A stretch of 64,000 nt of DNA. It comes from Chiloscyllium plagiosum (Eukaryota). Position 1 is the first letter of the stretch. Each line of letters begins with the position of its first letter. The stretch lies in contig NC_057751.1 in the NCBI RefSeq assembly GCF_004010195.1, positions 2,021,305 to 2,085,304 on the forward strand, given 5' to 3'. The notes under the pieces are model-generated. The model had not been told where the DNA came from. It did not search any database and saw only the letters and a program-made list of their open reading frames with translations. Positions 27,035-41,140 of the stretch are shown here, piece after piece. Both the position numbers and the translations under genes were made by a program.

Positions 27035-28235
27035 GAGAAACATAGAAAATAGGTGCAGGAGTAGGCCATTCCACCCTTCGAGCCTGCACCACCATTCAAT
27101 ATGATCATGATTGATCATGCAATTTCAGTGTTCCACTCCCATTTTCTCTCCATAACCCTTGATCCCTTTATGCACAGGTGGCATGTCCAGCTCCCTCCAG
27201 ATTTTTTTAATCAAGTGGCCCCAATAGCTTTCTGTGGGAGAGAATTTCACAGATTCACAACTCTCTGAGTTAAGAAATTCTTCTTCATCCAGTCCTGAAT
27301 GACTTACCCCATATTCTTAGACTGTGACCCTGAGTTTTGGACTTTCCTAACATCAGGAATATTCTACCCACATCAAGCCTGTCCAGTCCCATCAGGATTT
27401 TATATGTTTCTATGAGATCCGCCTGAAGTCCAAAGCCCAGTCAATCCAGTCTTTCTTCATATGTCAGTCCTGCCATCCCAGGAATCAGTATGGTGAACCT
27501 TTGCTGGACTCTCTCATTAACAAGAACATCCTTCCTCAGATTAGGAGGCCAAAGCTTCACACAACACTCAACATGTGGCCTCACCAAGACCATGTACAGC
27601 TGCAGCAAGACATCCTTACTCTGATACTCAAATCCTCTCGCTGTGAAAGAGACCATCACATTAACTTTCCTCACTGCCTGCTGTACCTGCATGCCAACCT
27701 TCAGTGACTATTCCACCATGGTCTCGTTGCACCTCACCTTGTCCGAAACTGCATCATTCACCTCACATTTAGCCAAATTATGTTGCATTTGCCAAGCATC
27801 TACCCAATCAGCCAGTCTGTCCAAGTCACTCTGCAGCCTCTTAGCTTCCTCCTCACAGCACACACTACCACCTAGCTTGGTGTCATCTGCAAATTTGGAG
27901 ATAATACACTCAATTCCTTTGTCCAAATCATTCATGCATATTGTGAATAGCTGAGGTCACAACATTGAACACTGCGGTACCCCACATGTCACTGCTTACC
28001 TCTCTGAAAAGGTCCTGTTCATTCCAACTTTCTGCTTCCTGTCTGCAAACCAGTTGTCTATGCACATTACAGTCTGCTTTAATTTCGCTTGCTAACCTAT
28101 TGTGTGGAACCTTGTCAAAAGCCATTTGAAACTCCAGATACACAACATCCACTGGTTCACCCTTGTCCACTCCACTGGAAAATTCCAGAAGCTTTGTCAA
28201 GCATGATGTCCCCTGAGTGAATCCATGCTGACTTG
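27035..28235 (-). mobile_element. CR1 RT to 3' end, internally deleted
   Basis: DVVYLEFQMAFDKVPH, ISKFADDTKLGG, LVRPHVECC. Confidence 0.9.
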
Positions 28236-30242
28236 AAACAATTTTTCCACCATTTTGAAAAGCACATAGCTGGCCTTAGTCATTAAAGCTGGTCACTTGT
28301 TACCAGCCCAATCTCTATTCACACCCAGTCCCCCCAGCGCCAGTTTGTCTATAACCAGACTTCCACTACAGCTCAAACAATCAACTTTATACTCAATATT
28401 TACAATAAGTGTCAGGTTACTTGCTTTGAATAAATACAGCAATCTTTCAACACTAATTAGTTTTAAAACAATCTTTTCCCACTTCAGTCCACAATCATAA
28501 ATACAGAAAAGTAGAAAGATCCATTTTTTTGACATGATAACTATAAATAAATACTGGAAAGTCCTCTGTCAGATTTTGCACATACCCCAGTCTGTTTTCA
28601 AATTAATTATTTGAGTTGAAAATGTTCTCAAGAACATCTGAGATTGATGCTTCCAGGGGCTTGATTGAAAGCTGCACATTTCAATTGTATTTCTCACAAT
28701 AGGATTGGTTTTCATCTTTTATGAGCACAGCTTTGGAGCGTTGCTTTTTCTTTGAAAGAGTATCCTTTTGAAAGTCATCTTTCACCACATCCTCAAATCC
28801 CAGAAATTTGATTTCCAATGATTCTCAAATTACCCAACGTTTCCACCCAAAAGAGTGCGCAGGTAAACCCACACAAAGGTTTTGGCTGGGACACTGTGAA
28901 TTACTACAAGAGTGATACAGGAAGTAATTCAATCCACAGTGCCTCTTCTTTTATGCACTGTAAGTACCACACTTTACCTCATGTTTATTCCAAAATGATA
29001 AAGCTGAGAAAAACAATCCATTACTGTGCCAAGTCACAACCGAAACCTATATTTGTGTGGTACTTTCAACACCTTCAAACACAAGAACAGCAACAAACAA
29101 AGATTGACAACAAGCCACTTGAGGACTTAATACAAAGTACATTTTAGTGAGTGCCTGAAAGGAAACAGTGAGTTGGAGAAAGATGGTGAGGATATTCCAG
29201 AAGCTTTGGTGTAAGTTGGTGGGGGGTGGGGGGGAGGGGGAGGAGCGTGTGGTGTTGATTTGAAGGAATGAGAATACTGCTTCCCGAGTGCAGTGTTCAA
29301 TTGTTCTAGAGTTTTTAATGATTTTCAGTCGGCAGCTGCCAGTTCACTGAATGCACCACTCTACACTGCCTGATAAAATTTCAATTTGATATTTGCTACC
29401 AGTGATTTGAACCTGTCCCTTTGTCCTACTCTCATAACTGAAAGGCACTTTCCAGTTCTTGACATAGCTATAACATTCAATATCTTAAACGTGTCTGTCT
29501 CATTTCAGATACTTCCTATCAAAGCCAAAGATTCTTCACAGTAAAAATATTGTTTCTATGTGGCAATGTGAATGTGGTTGTGTCACTTTGTTTCATCTGA
29601 TATTCAGATCAAAGTGTCTATCTTTTCTGCTAAGTTAAAACTTTGACAACAGGTCTCAGGTGTGAGGCTTCACTCAGCAGTAACTGCTGTGTTCAAAGTT
29701 GGTGACTCAAAGTCCAAGTGACCTCCAATGCTATGAATCAACACATGGAATCACCACACAGACACAATCATCAACAGCTTTGAAATTATGATGTGGGACT
29801 TTGGCTTCTGAATAACTCACATGAGTTGGATGAGTCCCGAAATCAGAAGTCCAGTGTCTAAACTCTGCACTTATTGTTTTGTACGGAAAGCAGTGCAAAT
29901 TTTATATGCGCATTTCGGAGAGGCAGCTGCTGTTTTTTTATGGCTGATGCTATTTGAAATGTAATGCACAGAGATTAGCACTGGTAGCAGTAGGTCTGAA
30001 CTCTGTGGATCTGTTTGGATAGCCAGGGTAGCCGTTTGGAGAGGTATGGTATTCCTTTGTACATGTGCCTGGAGCAAAATTGAGGGAGATAAACTGCCCT
30101 GTGGGAGAAGTAACACACCCTATGTGATTGTTAAAAGTGGGCATGAATTGTATGAATTCATTGGAACTGTGAATCTCGTTTTGACTATCAAAAATGATGA
30201 GAAAAGTGTTAAGAGAAACTGTCTCAATGAACAATCAAGCTA

Positions 30243-30338
30243 TCAAGGCATTTATAATCCCTGTTGTTTAAATTATGGGGGAAAAAACCGTCAAGACATT
30301 TATAACCCTTGTTGTTTAAATAATAGGAAAAAAACTGT
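30243..30338 (+). repeat. Two-copy tandem repeat, 48-bp period
   Basis: tcaaggcatttataatccctgttgtttaaat.. at 30243 and tcaagacatttataacccttgttgtttaaat.. at 30291. Confidence 0.85.
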
Positions 30339-33300
30339 TTGGAATGTTAAAAAATCTTCATTTTCTGTTTCATTCACCACACAGTTGGTGTTGAATGACT
30401 GATTTCATAATCATCCATGAACTTACTAACCTACTCTTCCACTACTTCATCCAAGTCACTTATAAAAGTCTTATCTATTACCCGCAACTATCCACATGTT
30501 TGAGCTGGGTATTAAAATCTCCTTCCCGAGGCAGAGCTGGCTCTTTTCCACAAAGGTGGGTCTCTCAGATCAGAGTGGATCTTCTCCTAGGTCTTCTTGG
30601 GTTTCCACATGATCTTTTTGTAATGAGTCTTGCTGTGAATCTTCCATGCGAGCCTTTGCTGGGTCTTCACTCAGGGGATGGCATCCAGGTGTGTTTTTTA
30701 TCCCCACCTCATCTATGACCCTGCAGAATATTCAGAGGCCTTTGGTCAATGGGGCCATGAGTTGTGTTCAAATCATTGAATGAGGTTGCACCAACACCCT
30801 TCATTGGTGCTGTACTGAGAGATGTAAAGTGCACATACTCACCAGAATGGCTGAGTTAAATGTTTCCTAGACACAACCCCCAGGCTGCTTGGAACTGCTC
30901 CACCTCCCCCTTCCCCCACCCCACCGAAACTCTCTTGCATCAATGATCTTAGTTTCCACTGTTTTCTGCAGCCAATGGCAGCTGGCTGTTGCTTAATTTA
31001 GTTCGGTCAATTTCCTGTCAGGCCTTTTTTCTCCAACTCTTTGTCAATTTAAAATGTCCAATTTTAGGCGCATGATCATTTGATCACAGTGGGCAGGGAG
31101 ACATCCCAAGGTAACATGGATATGGATGGGAAATGTGTGCAAGTGTGAAAGGTGAGGGCTGGATGCCCTATTTTGACTTTTTGTTGGCATTTTCAGTGCT
31201 ACGACAGAGTGCCCGTGTACTGAGGCAGACCTTCAGTCCAGACCGCTACCACATGAGGCAATCTTTACACACATGTGATGTCTCCCAGTCTGACTCTTAG
31301 AGGACTGCACAACCTGAGAACAAAATTTTAACTTCTGGATTGCTTCTTCCCGGGATTGGTTTATGGACGTTGGAATTGTCCTGACTTTATCATAAATTCG
31401 TAAAAGTTCAGGCTCCAATTTCTAGCAAAGACATGACATATTTTCAGCTAACATTCTCTTCATTTTAACAAATCATTGATTGAATACAGATAGAAATTTC
31501 AGTTTGCATGTTCAAAATTTTGTCCTGTGGTCTTAAACAGTTTTAAGTTTTCTGACAGGTGTGTTGAATGAGAAAGTAAAAACTGAATCGATTTTTAAGA
31601 TCGAAAAGAGGCCTGAACAATCTCCATCCACCACCACTCTCCTCCGCCTGGCTGAACTTGTTCTCTCTCTCAACAACTTCTCCTTCAACCCATCCCATTT
31701 TCTCCAAATCAAAGGTGTAGCAATGGGTACCCGCATGGGTTCTAGCTATGTTTGCCTTTTCATGGGGTATGTGGAATATTTCTTGTTCCAGGCCTACCCA
31801 GGTCCCCTCCCACAACTGCTTTATCGGTACATCAATGACTATTTCGGTGCAGCTTCATGCTCTCGTCCTGACCTGGAAAAAATTCATAAACTTTACTTCC
31901 AGTTTCCATCCCTCCATCACCTTCACCTGGTCCATCTTCGACACTTGCCTTCCTTTCCTTGACCTTTCTGTCTCCATTTCCGACAATAGTCTATCCACTA
32001 ATATCCATTACAAGCCTACTGACTCCCACAGCTATCTGGACTACAGCTCTTCTCAGCCTACGTCCTGTAAGGACTCTATCCCTTTCTCTCAGCTCCTTCA
32101 CCTCCGCCGCGTTTGTTCCGATGAAGCCACTTTCCAAAGTGGTGCTCTTAATATGTGCTCCTTCTTCTCCAACTGTGGCTTCCCACCTACAGTTGTTGAC
32201 AGGGCTCTCGACAGCATGCGGTCCATCCCCTGCGCCACAACCCTCACCCCCTCTCTCCCCTTCCAGAACAAGGATAGAGTCCCTCTTGTCCTCACCTTTC
32301 ACCCCACCAGCCTTCACATGCAAAGAATAATCCTTCACCATTTTCGCCAACTCCAACATAATGCCACCACGAAACACATCTTCCCTTCCCTCCCCCTGTC
32401 TGCATTCCGCAGAGATCGTTCCCCCCAGGACAACCTAGTGCACTCCTCCATCACACCTAACACCCCTCCCATCACACACAGCATCTTCCCATGCAATCGC
32501 AGAAGGTGCAACATTTGCCCCTTTACCTCTTCCATGCTCACCATCCAAGGCCCCAAACACTCATTTCAGATTAAGCAGCGTTTCACTTGTACCTCTTTCA
32601 ATTTAGTCTATTGCATTCGTTGCTCCCAATGTGGTCTTCTCTATACCGGAGAGACAAAATGCCGACTCGGTGATCGCTTTGCTTCGGTCTGTACGCAATT
32701 AGGTCCCAGAACTTCCCATGGCTTGCCACTTCAACACACAATCCTGCTCCCATGCCCACATGTCTGCCCTTGGCCTGCTGCAATGTTCCAGTGAGGCTCA
32801 ATGCCAACTGGAGGGACAGCATCTCATCTTCAGTCTAGGCACGTTACAAACTGCCGGTCTCAACATTGAATTCAACAACTTCAGATGATTATCCCATCTT
32901 GACCCCTATGTTTTCATTCTGCTCTGTAATTTTTATTTAATTTATTTTATTTCCCTTTTTTTAAAATATTTTTTTCACTGTTCTGTACCTCTTATTTCTT
33001 GATTGTCTCTTTCTCTCGCTCCCCGCTCTCTCATCACTTTTTTCCTCTCCTCTTCCCCTTTGCTACCCTTCTCCCCTGTTTTCCATTTTGCCTCTGCTTC
33101 ACCCATCCCCCCCATTCCCAACATATTTTGTCACATAGCACTGGCTTCAGCCTTGGTCATTCCCAGCTCCTCTCCCTATAATCTCTCTATGCACTGTCAT
33201 TATCACCTCTTTATTGCTACCTTTACTTCTGGAGCCACGACTCACCTTCTCTCAGCCGAGTATAAATACCTCCCTATTTCTCCCCTTTTTTAGCTTTGAC

Positions 33301-33346
33301 AAAAGGTCAGTTTGACTCAAAACATGAGCTCTTTTCTCTCCTTACA

Positions 33347-33967
33347 CCAAGACATGGCTTGGCTGGTGGTGAGAAGGGCTCTGCCTGTAAGATCCTTTAT
33401 GCACGCCCGGACTCTCAGCTGCACCACACGCTGTCCTCGAAGCAGCTGCGGGGAGGGAGCGAGACTGTCACACACCTCCTTCTGGAATGTGCCTACGCAG
33501 AAGAAGTCTGGAGAGGAATGCAGTGGTGTTTGTCGAGGTTCGTCCCGAGCAGCGCCGTGACGTGGGACTCGAAAATGTGTTGCTGGAAAAGCGCAGCAGG
33601 TCAGGCAGCATCCAGGGACAGGAGAATCGACGTTTCGGGCATAAGCGTCGATTCTCCTGTTCCCTGGATGCTGCCTGACCTGCTGCGCTTTTCCAGCAAC
33701 ACATTTTCAGCTCTGATCTCCAGCATCTGCAGACCTCACTTTCTCCTCTAAGAAGAACAGGGGGTCCACGCAGTCATTTGAGCTCTGCTGACGCCTCAAC
33801 TAAATATATGGATATATGATTGATAAACGTACAGACCTGTACATACAAATGATAAATTTTGATCTCTGTATGCAAAGAAATGGAATGTTTATGTATATAT
33901 GGCATGACCAATTGTACAGACCATCAAAATATTTTACGAATAAAGTATATTTTTGAAAGAAAAAGAA
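33347..33967 (+). mobile_element. Tx1-clade (L1-like) LINE 3' end
   Basis: CCHC region RCPRSSC../ETVTHLLLECAYAEEVW; AT-rich UTR, AATAAA and A-rich tail; 20-nt TSD 33327-33346 / 33968-33987 (1 mismatch). Confidence 0.85.
33571..33747 (+). mobile_element. Hairpin PLE pLTR insert, young family A
   Basis: Inverted arms 33571-33632 and 33646-33708, plus tail ending tttctcct. Confidence 0.9.
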
Positions 33968-34601
33968 AGCTCTTTCCTCTCCTTACAGATGCTGCCAGAC
34001 CTGCTGAGATTATCCAGCATTTTCTCTTTTGGTGTTAAGATGTATGCTGTTTATTGTTGCAGTGATTGATCTAACTCAATGTTTATTGCACAGGATTGTG
34101 GTGCCCTTAATGGACTTCCCACCATATGTAGTAGATTATAACAATGATCAAGCTAACTTCCTTCAAAGGAAACATGAGTCGCTTGTGCTAAGGTTAAATT
34201 TATGACTACTGCCTTGTTCCTTGTCCAAAGATTATGTCCGAGTCTATCACTCTCTTCCATTCCATCAACCTACCAGACTCATGTCAAGAATTTAAAGAAG
34301 GGCTGATACCAGGGTTGAAAGGCTTTACTTATATGGGAAGACCAGGAAAATCTGGACTGTTTTTTTAAGGCCAGAGAAGGCTTAGGGAAGATTTGATGGG
34401 GAGTTTCAAAAGGAGTTGAGGGTTAATTAAAGAGGGAGAAAACATGTCAGTGGATCCTGATTTAATATGGATTGCCAAAAGAACTCAAGACTGAGTGAGG
34501 GAATTTTCAGAAGACACTTACAGCACATTTCTGCTTTGTAATACTGCACTTTGGAGCACACTAGCAACTGTCACTGGAATTGTGTTGTAAAGGTATTTTT
34601 C

Positions 34602-34733
34602 AGGAGAAAGTGAGGACTGCAGATGTTAGAGATCAGAGTCAAAAAGTGTGGCACTGGAAACACACAGCAAGTCAGGCAGCTTCTGAGGAGCAGAAGAATC
34701 GATATTTCGGGTAGAAGCTCTTCATCAGGAATG
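34602..34733 (-). mobile_element. PLE pLTR insert, family A
   Basis: Antisense aggagaaagtgaggactgcagatg...ctcttcatcaggaat; flanks gtatttttca / gtgtttttca. Confidence 0.85.
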
Positions 34734-37214
34734 AGTGTTTTTCACACAAGACCAAGCAGCTGGCTCACGGATTGGACCAAGTGGTTTCTCAGGGCTGCTC
34801 ACTCCATCTTGTAGTGCTCATTCATTGAACACCTCCCCGAATGTTCACAGCGTCCTGCCTTCACTTGCCTTTTAGCATTTTTCCCCCTCAGTGTGACCGA
34901 AAAGGTGCACTGGAATTTTGTCTTGACTTGCCTTTTAGCACAGTCGCAGAGGAAGGAAGCTTGATGTGATTGATAATGGTGATCAATCAAGGAAATGGAC
35001 ATGTTGCTGTTCAGAATGTCAATCGCGCATGTGTGCCAGCAGCAGATGCAGCAAACACATTGTTGATAGTTCAAACAAATGGCCATGTTTAAAAATTGTA
35101 GGGAATTAGTCCTCAAGCAACAGAACAGACCCTTCATTCAGGGTGTTCCAGCATGATAAGTCAAGGGCAGTGCGTGACATCAGTTTAGTGGCTTGGGCAC
35201 AGTCATTTGGCTGCATGGGACTGTCAGGGTCAGATTTCTCTCTCCTCATAGTGGGTGGTAAACCTTATGTTGGGTCGGCCAATACCTGTGATGGTGCTTT
35301 CAACTTTGTTGTGAGCCGTATTCTCATGGAACAAGAGAAAGGGAGGGACTGACTGAAACTGAATTGGATGGCACAGTTTGTGCTTGTGAAGGTGGGGGAA
35401 AGAGAGCTACTTTGTCCCGTGAGTAAGTAGCACAAAGGCTAAGCAAAATTTAGAGGTGGGTGGGGTAGAATTAGCTTGGTAAAAGTAGGTGAGGAGAGAT
35501 ATTGTAGGCAATAGTGAGAGAGGTAAAGCATGAGCCTTGATGGAAGGTGTGTGCAGTAGCAGAGGGAGAGTGAGTGGGACAGAGCAGAGAGAAGGTGGTG
35601 GCACGAACCCAAGCAGAGTAGAGAAATTCACTGACTTCCTTCTGACATTACTGGGTGCTCCTTCTGTCAGGTGAGGTTGTACTGACCTAGGTAGCCACCT
35701 CAGACCAGGTTGGTAGAGATGAGAATCATGGCCTCCTTTGTTGGTCCTGTGGGAAGGGGATGTCTCTCCTCTCTGCCACCCTGTCCAGCTCGACCTTAGT
35801 CACTATATGATGGCCGGGATGCCAATTTCCCTGTCTCTGCCAATGTCTGAGCTAATATCATAAACCATGCAGGGCAGCTCCAGACAGATGGTGCTTGACT
35901 GGGTGAACAATAGTGTTTTAAAGATGGTGCTGGCTTTAGGAATCCTGGAATATCCCAGCGGTGGTGTGTTCTTTCACTGATTGTGAATGGACAACCGGAC
36001 TATTATCAGAGAAGAGGGGCACTATAGGGGTATGGTAGGCAGTTGAGCCAAGTTTGGGATGATTATGCAAGAAAACCTATTTGGCTTCATGGAGAGAAAT
36101 CTTGATGAACTTAATGAAAATGACACTTTACCACATATGGTAAGATTGAACTCTTCGTCTTTGAGCATCCAGTGGATAAAAGCCTACTCTGTTTAAACTT
36201 TACTCATGAGACAATCGCCCATTCCAGGTATTAGTCTGGTAAATCTTCTCCAAATTGCTTCCAAATTAAATAATAAATTTATTGGAGTACATATTCTTCT
36301 GGATGTGGATTTGATCAGCACAGTGTTCACCTTTGTCAAAAATACTGAAGCAGGAAGAAAATTCAAAAACATAACAATTCTGAATATTTTGAGCTCCATT
36401 GAGAAGTAAGATTGATAAGAGAGTGATACTCTCATTTATGCCCTGCACTTCCTTTTGGAAAGACACAACCCCAAGTGCTAATTTATTGACTGAATTTTCA
36501 GGAGAAATGCAACAGGCGTCCAAGATAAGCAGTCACTAATTCATTTGTCTTGCACATAAAGAAGTTAATCTACTGACTGAACATTTGGTTCAAAGACATA
36601 CATTCATCAATAGCTACCAAGATGCCTTTAAAATGACCGCGGGAGTAAGAAATAGATGCATTGTCAGTTCATGTGGGTGTTTAATTGGGCAGAGTATTGA
36701 ATTTCATATGGATGGAAACCCCTTCTGAGTAATTCCCAAACACTTTGCGCAGGTGAAAGAATTGAGTTAATATTAATGTTTATTGCATTGAGATGATTTG
36801 TACAAGTGTGCCTCAAGGCAGATAATATGCTAAATTTGAAATTTAGACTGTTTGGCTCTGTGGGTTTATGTTATTTTAACCCTAGGATTTCAGTTCCTCT
36901 CAATCAAATGCCCAAACCATGAGAATGGGTCAAGAATATCTAAAATTATGGAAATGCAGAGAATGTTGTCTGAAAGATTAAACAAGTGGAAGAGAAAAGG
37001 AAATGGATAAAGACTTGAAAAGAAACAAATTAGAGAGATATGGGGCAAGAACAGAGGGGTAGTACTAATTGGACAGCTCCTTCAAAGAGCTGGTACAAAC
37101 ATAATGCATCTAATGGTCTCCATCCATGCTGCATAATTCTCTGGTTCTATGAATATTTAAGATACAATGAAGGAAATCCCAATCTCTTGGTTGATGAAGG
37201 GGCTACATTCTCAG

Positions 37215-37520
37215 TAAAAAAGACTTTGTATTCGTGAAGCATTTCTCGGAAAGTTCCAACATGCTTATTATTCGATGAAGTACTTTTTGAAGTGTCTGTC
37301 ACCGTGGTCACATAGGAAATGCAGAAATTAATTTGCACACAGCAAGATCCCACAATAGCAATGAGATAGGCTTTGTTGACTGAGAGATCAATTTTGACTA
37401 AAATGGCAGGGAGAATTCTTTTGCTCTGATTTGAAGCAGTGCCATGGAAAGTTTTGCATCCACTTGAGACAGTAGATAGGGCCTTGCTATAATGACTCAT
37501 TGAAAAATCAGCACTGCACA
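37215..37520 (-). mobile_element. Deu-domain SINE
   Basis: tactttttgaagtgt...aatttgcacacagcaagatcccacaatagcaatgagata...gtgccatgg is the antisense Deu core. Confidence 0.7.
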
Positions 37521-37679
37521 GAGTGTAATATGAACTGGTCTTAGAATATGCATTAGCGGTAATGACCACTTAAGGCACTTGTTTTGCTGGTAAGTGGGAC
37601 ACACTAACAATGTCAAGCACAGGAATCAGACCTATTGCACACTGTGCCTGGGCTAGTTTCTTTGAGAGGGATAACCAAT

Positions 37680-40600
37680 TAGAGAGTCGGAGAGAAAGTG
37701 GCACACAGCACCGAAACAGACCCTTTGGCCCAACCAGTCCACGCCAAACATATCCCCAAATTAAAGTAGTCCTACCCGCCTGCTCTTGGCCTATATCTCT
37801 GCAAAGCTTTGCTGTTCTTTAGCTTATTCAAATGTCTTTTAAATGTAACTGCATCAACATCCATCACTTTCTGTGGCAGTTCATTCCATACTCAGATCAC
37901 TCTTTGTGCAAAAAAAAATTGTCCCTCATGTTCTCCTCCACCTTAAGAATATGTCCCTTAGCTTTGAACTCCCCCACCGGAGGGAAATGACCTTGTCACT
38001 CGTCTGATCTATGTCCCTCATGATTTCATAAACCACACTAAGGTCATCCCTCAACTCCTAAGTTTTAGTGAAAAAAATCCTAGCCTTTCCAGTCTATTTT
38101 TATATTTCAAGCCCTCCATTCCTGGCAAGCTCCTGGTAAATCTTTTCTGAATCCTCTCCAGCTTAATAATGTCCTTCCTATACAAGGGTGACCAGAACTG
38201 GACACAGTACTCCTGAACAGGCCTCATTAATGTCCTGTATAACTCAACATGCGTCCCAATTCTGATACTCAAAGCTCCGAGCAATGAAGGCAAGTGTGCT
38301 AAATGCCTTCTTAACTATCCTGTCCATGTGTGTCAAAAAACTTCAAAAGTTTATGTACCTGAATCCCCCAGGTCTCTGTTCTATAACACCACCCACAGCC
38401 CTACTGTTAATTGTATAAGTTCTGTCCTTATGTGTATGACCAAAATGAAATACCTTATGTTTAACCAAATTAAACTTCATCTGCCACTCCTCAGCCCATT
38501 GGCCTAATTGATTAAGATCTCTTTGCAATCTTAGATAACCTTCTTCACTATCCACGATCCCACCAATTGGTGTCAGCTGCAATCCTGCTAACCATGCTTC
38601 CGATAGTCTCATCCAAATCATTTATATAAATGACAAACAAAAGCAGACCCAGTACCGATCCTTGTGGAACACTGCTGGTCTGAGGCCTTTGGTCTGAAAC
38701 ACAATCCACCCTCTGTCTCCTGCCAGGAAGCCAATTTTGTATTGAATTGACAAGCTCACCCTGAATCCTATGTGATATAACTTTACTAATTAGATTACCA
38801 TGCAGACCTGTCATAGACTTTACTAAAGTCCATGTAGCCAATACCTACCACTCTGCCCTCATCAATCATTCTGGTTACTTCACTAAAAATTCAATGAAGA
38901 GTTTGTGAGACACAATTTTCCACCCACAAAACATGCTAACTATCCCCAACCAATTCTTGCCGCTCCAAATTCATGTAAATCTTATTGTTCAACATCACTT
39001 TCAACCATTTATTCATATCTGATGTCAAATTCACAGATCTATCGTTTCCAGGCTTCTCCTTACAGCCTTTCTTAAACAGTGGCATGACATTTGCCACGCT
39101 CTGGGACTTCACCTGTGTTTTTGATGATACAAATATTTCTGCGAGGAAGTTCTTCCCTAACTTCCCACAACATTTTCGAATGGACTTGACTGGGTCCTCC
39201 AGCACTTCCTCTTTTAGAATGTGAACTGTTTTCAAAAAATCAATATTTATTTCCCTGAGTTCTTGAGCCTCAATTTCTCAAAAGTAAAATCTGATACAAA
39301 ATACTCTTTTAATATTTCTCCCATCTCCTGAAGTTTAACACAAAGGCAACCTTGTTGGTGTTTAAGGGGTCCAACTCTCTGTCTCATTTCTGTCTTGCTC
39401 TTAATATATTTGTAGAATCTTTATGGATTATCTTTAAACCTATCTGCCAAGGTTGTCTCATATCCTCTCTTTGCCTTCCTGATTTCCTTCTTAAGAATGC
39501 CCCTTGCGAACAGTCTGCTTCAATAAACGTTTGACAGTTCTTGTTTCATACCCTTGAAATTTACCTTACTCTAATGAAGAACTTTAATTTTTATGGAAGA
39601 ATTATCCTTTTCTATAAATATTTAAAAGTAATAGTATGATAATCACTTGCAAAGTGTTCACCTACTTAGACTTGAGTCATTTGCCCTGTCTTATTTACCA
39701 AAAGAAGGTCAAGTTTTGCTCCTTCTTCAGTAGGAACATTTACATATTGATAAAGAAAATTTTCTTGAATACATATAACAAATTTGTCACCATCCAAACA
39801 TTTAACACTGTGGTAGTCCCAGTCAGTGTCTGGAAAATTAAAATCCCCTACGATTACAACTTTATTATTCTGACATAGGTTTGAGATCTCTCTACATATT
39901 TGCTTCTCAATTTCTCTCTGACTATTGAGGGGCCAATAATACAATCCTATCAAGGTGATCATCCCTTTCTTATTTCTAATTTTAATCCATATATTTTAAC
40001 TAAATGATCCCTCAGAAATGTTTTATCTTATTATAGGAATAATGTTTTCCTTAATCAAAAATACCACACACCCTCCTCTCTTGCCTCTCTTTCTATTCTT
40101 TCTTTAACATCCAAAACCTGAAACATTGAGCAGCCAATCCTGTCTTTCCCTCAGCCAAGTTTCCGTAATAGCTATGATGTCTCAGTCCCATGTTCCCATA
40201 CAAGTCCTGAGTTCATCAGCCTTACCTGTAAGACTCCTTGCACTGAAATAAATGCAGTTTAATTCTTCAGATTTAATTTGTTCTCTGACTTGTTCCAGCC
40301 AGTCTTTTCAAATTAACTTGCTCTTTTCTGATTCAGAAGCATCCTCATCTTTCTTCCTACTTTCATTGTTACTCAGGGAACCCCCATACTCCCTGTCTAA
40401 AAGTTCACAGACTCCTGAAGGAGAACCAACAGATCTCCCTGTGAGAATATTGATCCCTTTCCAGTTCAGGTGAAACTGATCCTTTTTGAATCGGTCATTT
40501 CTGTCCCAGTAGGGATCCCAATGATGCAAGAAACTGAATCCCTGCACATTGCACCATCTCTTCAGCTATAGATTTATCTCCCATATCCTTTTCTTCCTTC

Positions 40601-41140
40601 TATTCCTTCCTACATTCCAACTTGGCACTGGAAGTAAACCAGAGATTATTACCTCTGATGTTCTGTTTTTTAACCTTCTGCCTTAACCCTTTCCCTAACT
40701 ATGTCACTCCTATCAATACTACAACAACTTCCAGCTTCTCTCTCTCCACTTTGACAATATGCTTCAAATATTTTGAGATGGCCTTGACCCTGACACCAGT
40801 AAAGCAACATATTATTCCAGAATCACACTCACTGCCACAGAATCTCCAGTCTGTGCTGCTGACAGGAGACCCTCCCATTACAATTATTCTTTCAAATCTT
40901 GACAAACCCTGTTTAACATAAGATTCATTCTCAGGGTCTGACTACCACTGTTACTTTCCTCTGAGAGACTATTGCTTTCAATAGTATCCAAAACGGATTG
41001 TCTGTTTGAGAGAGGAACAGCTGCAGGAGACTTCTGAGCTACCTTTTTACCTTTCCTGACAGTCAACTATCTATCTGACTGATTCTGCTGTGTAATCACT
41101 TCCAGAAATCAACTAGTCATCATACTCAGTGTTTCTTATA
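37680..41140 (-). mobile_element. Near full-length decayed CR1 (ORF1 esterase + ORF2)
   Basis: Antisense FHLNWKG, VVIVGDFNFPD, VPQGSVLGLLLFVIYINDLD, YCVQFWSP. Confidence 0.9.

Larger units (their letters stand above)
31603..34033 (+). mobile_element. 5'-truncated Penelope-like element, family B (Neptune-like), interrupted at 33347-33967
   Basis: RT QIKGVAMGTRMG, YRYIND; Cys linker PCNRRRCNICP; GIY-YIG NLVYCIRCSQCGLLYTGET; pLTR with hammerhead remnant at 33292-33330. Confidence 0.93.

Noticed and set aside
31748..32794. 348-aa ORF as a host gene
   Set aside because: It is the frameshifted PLE thumb, linker and GIY-YIG region.
33468..33751. Peptide MCCWKSAAGQAASR on both strands and at 47119
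   Set aside because: Translation artefact of the pLTR inverted repeat.
34760..35950. Possible Harbinger-type DNA transposon remnant
   Set aside because: Impression only; no TIR or transposase motif could be read.
36058..36405. Two apparent exons ending in gtaaga donors
   Set aside because: Phases do not join and the acceptor lies within an antisense CR1 fragment.
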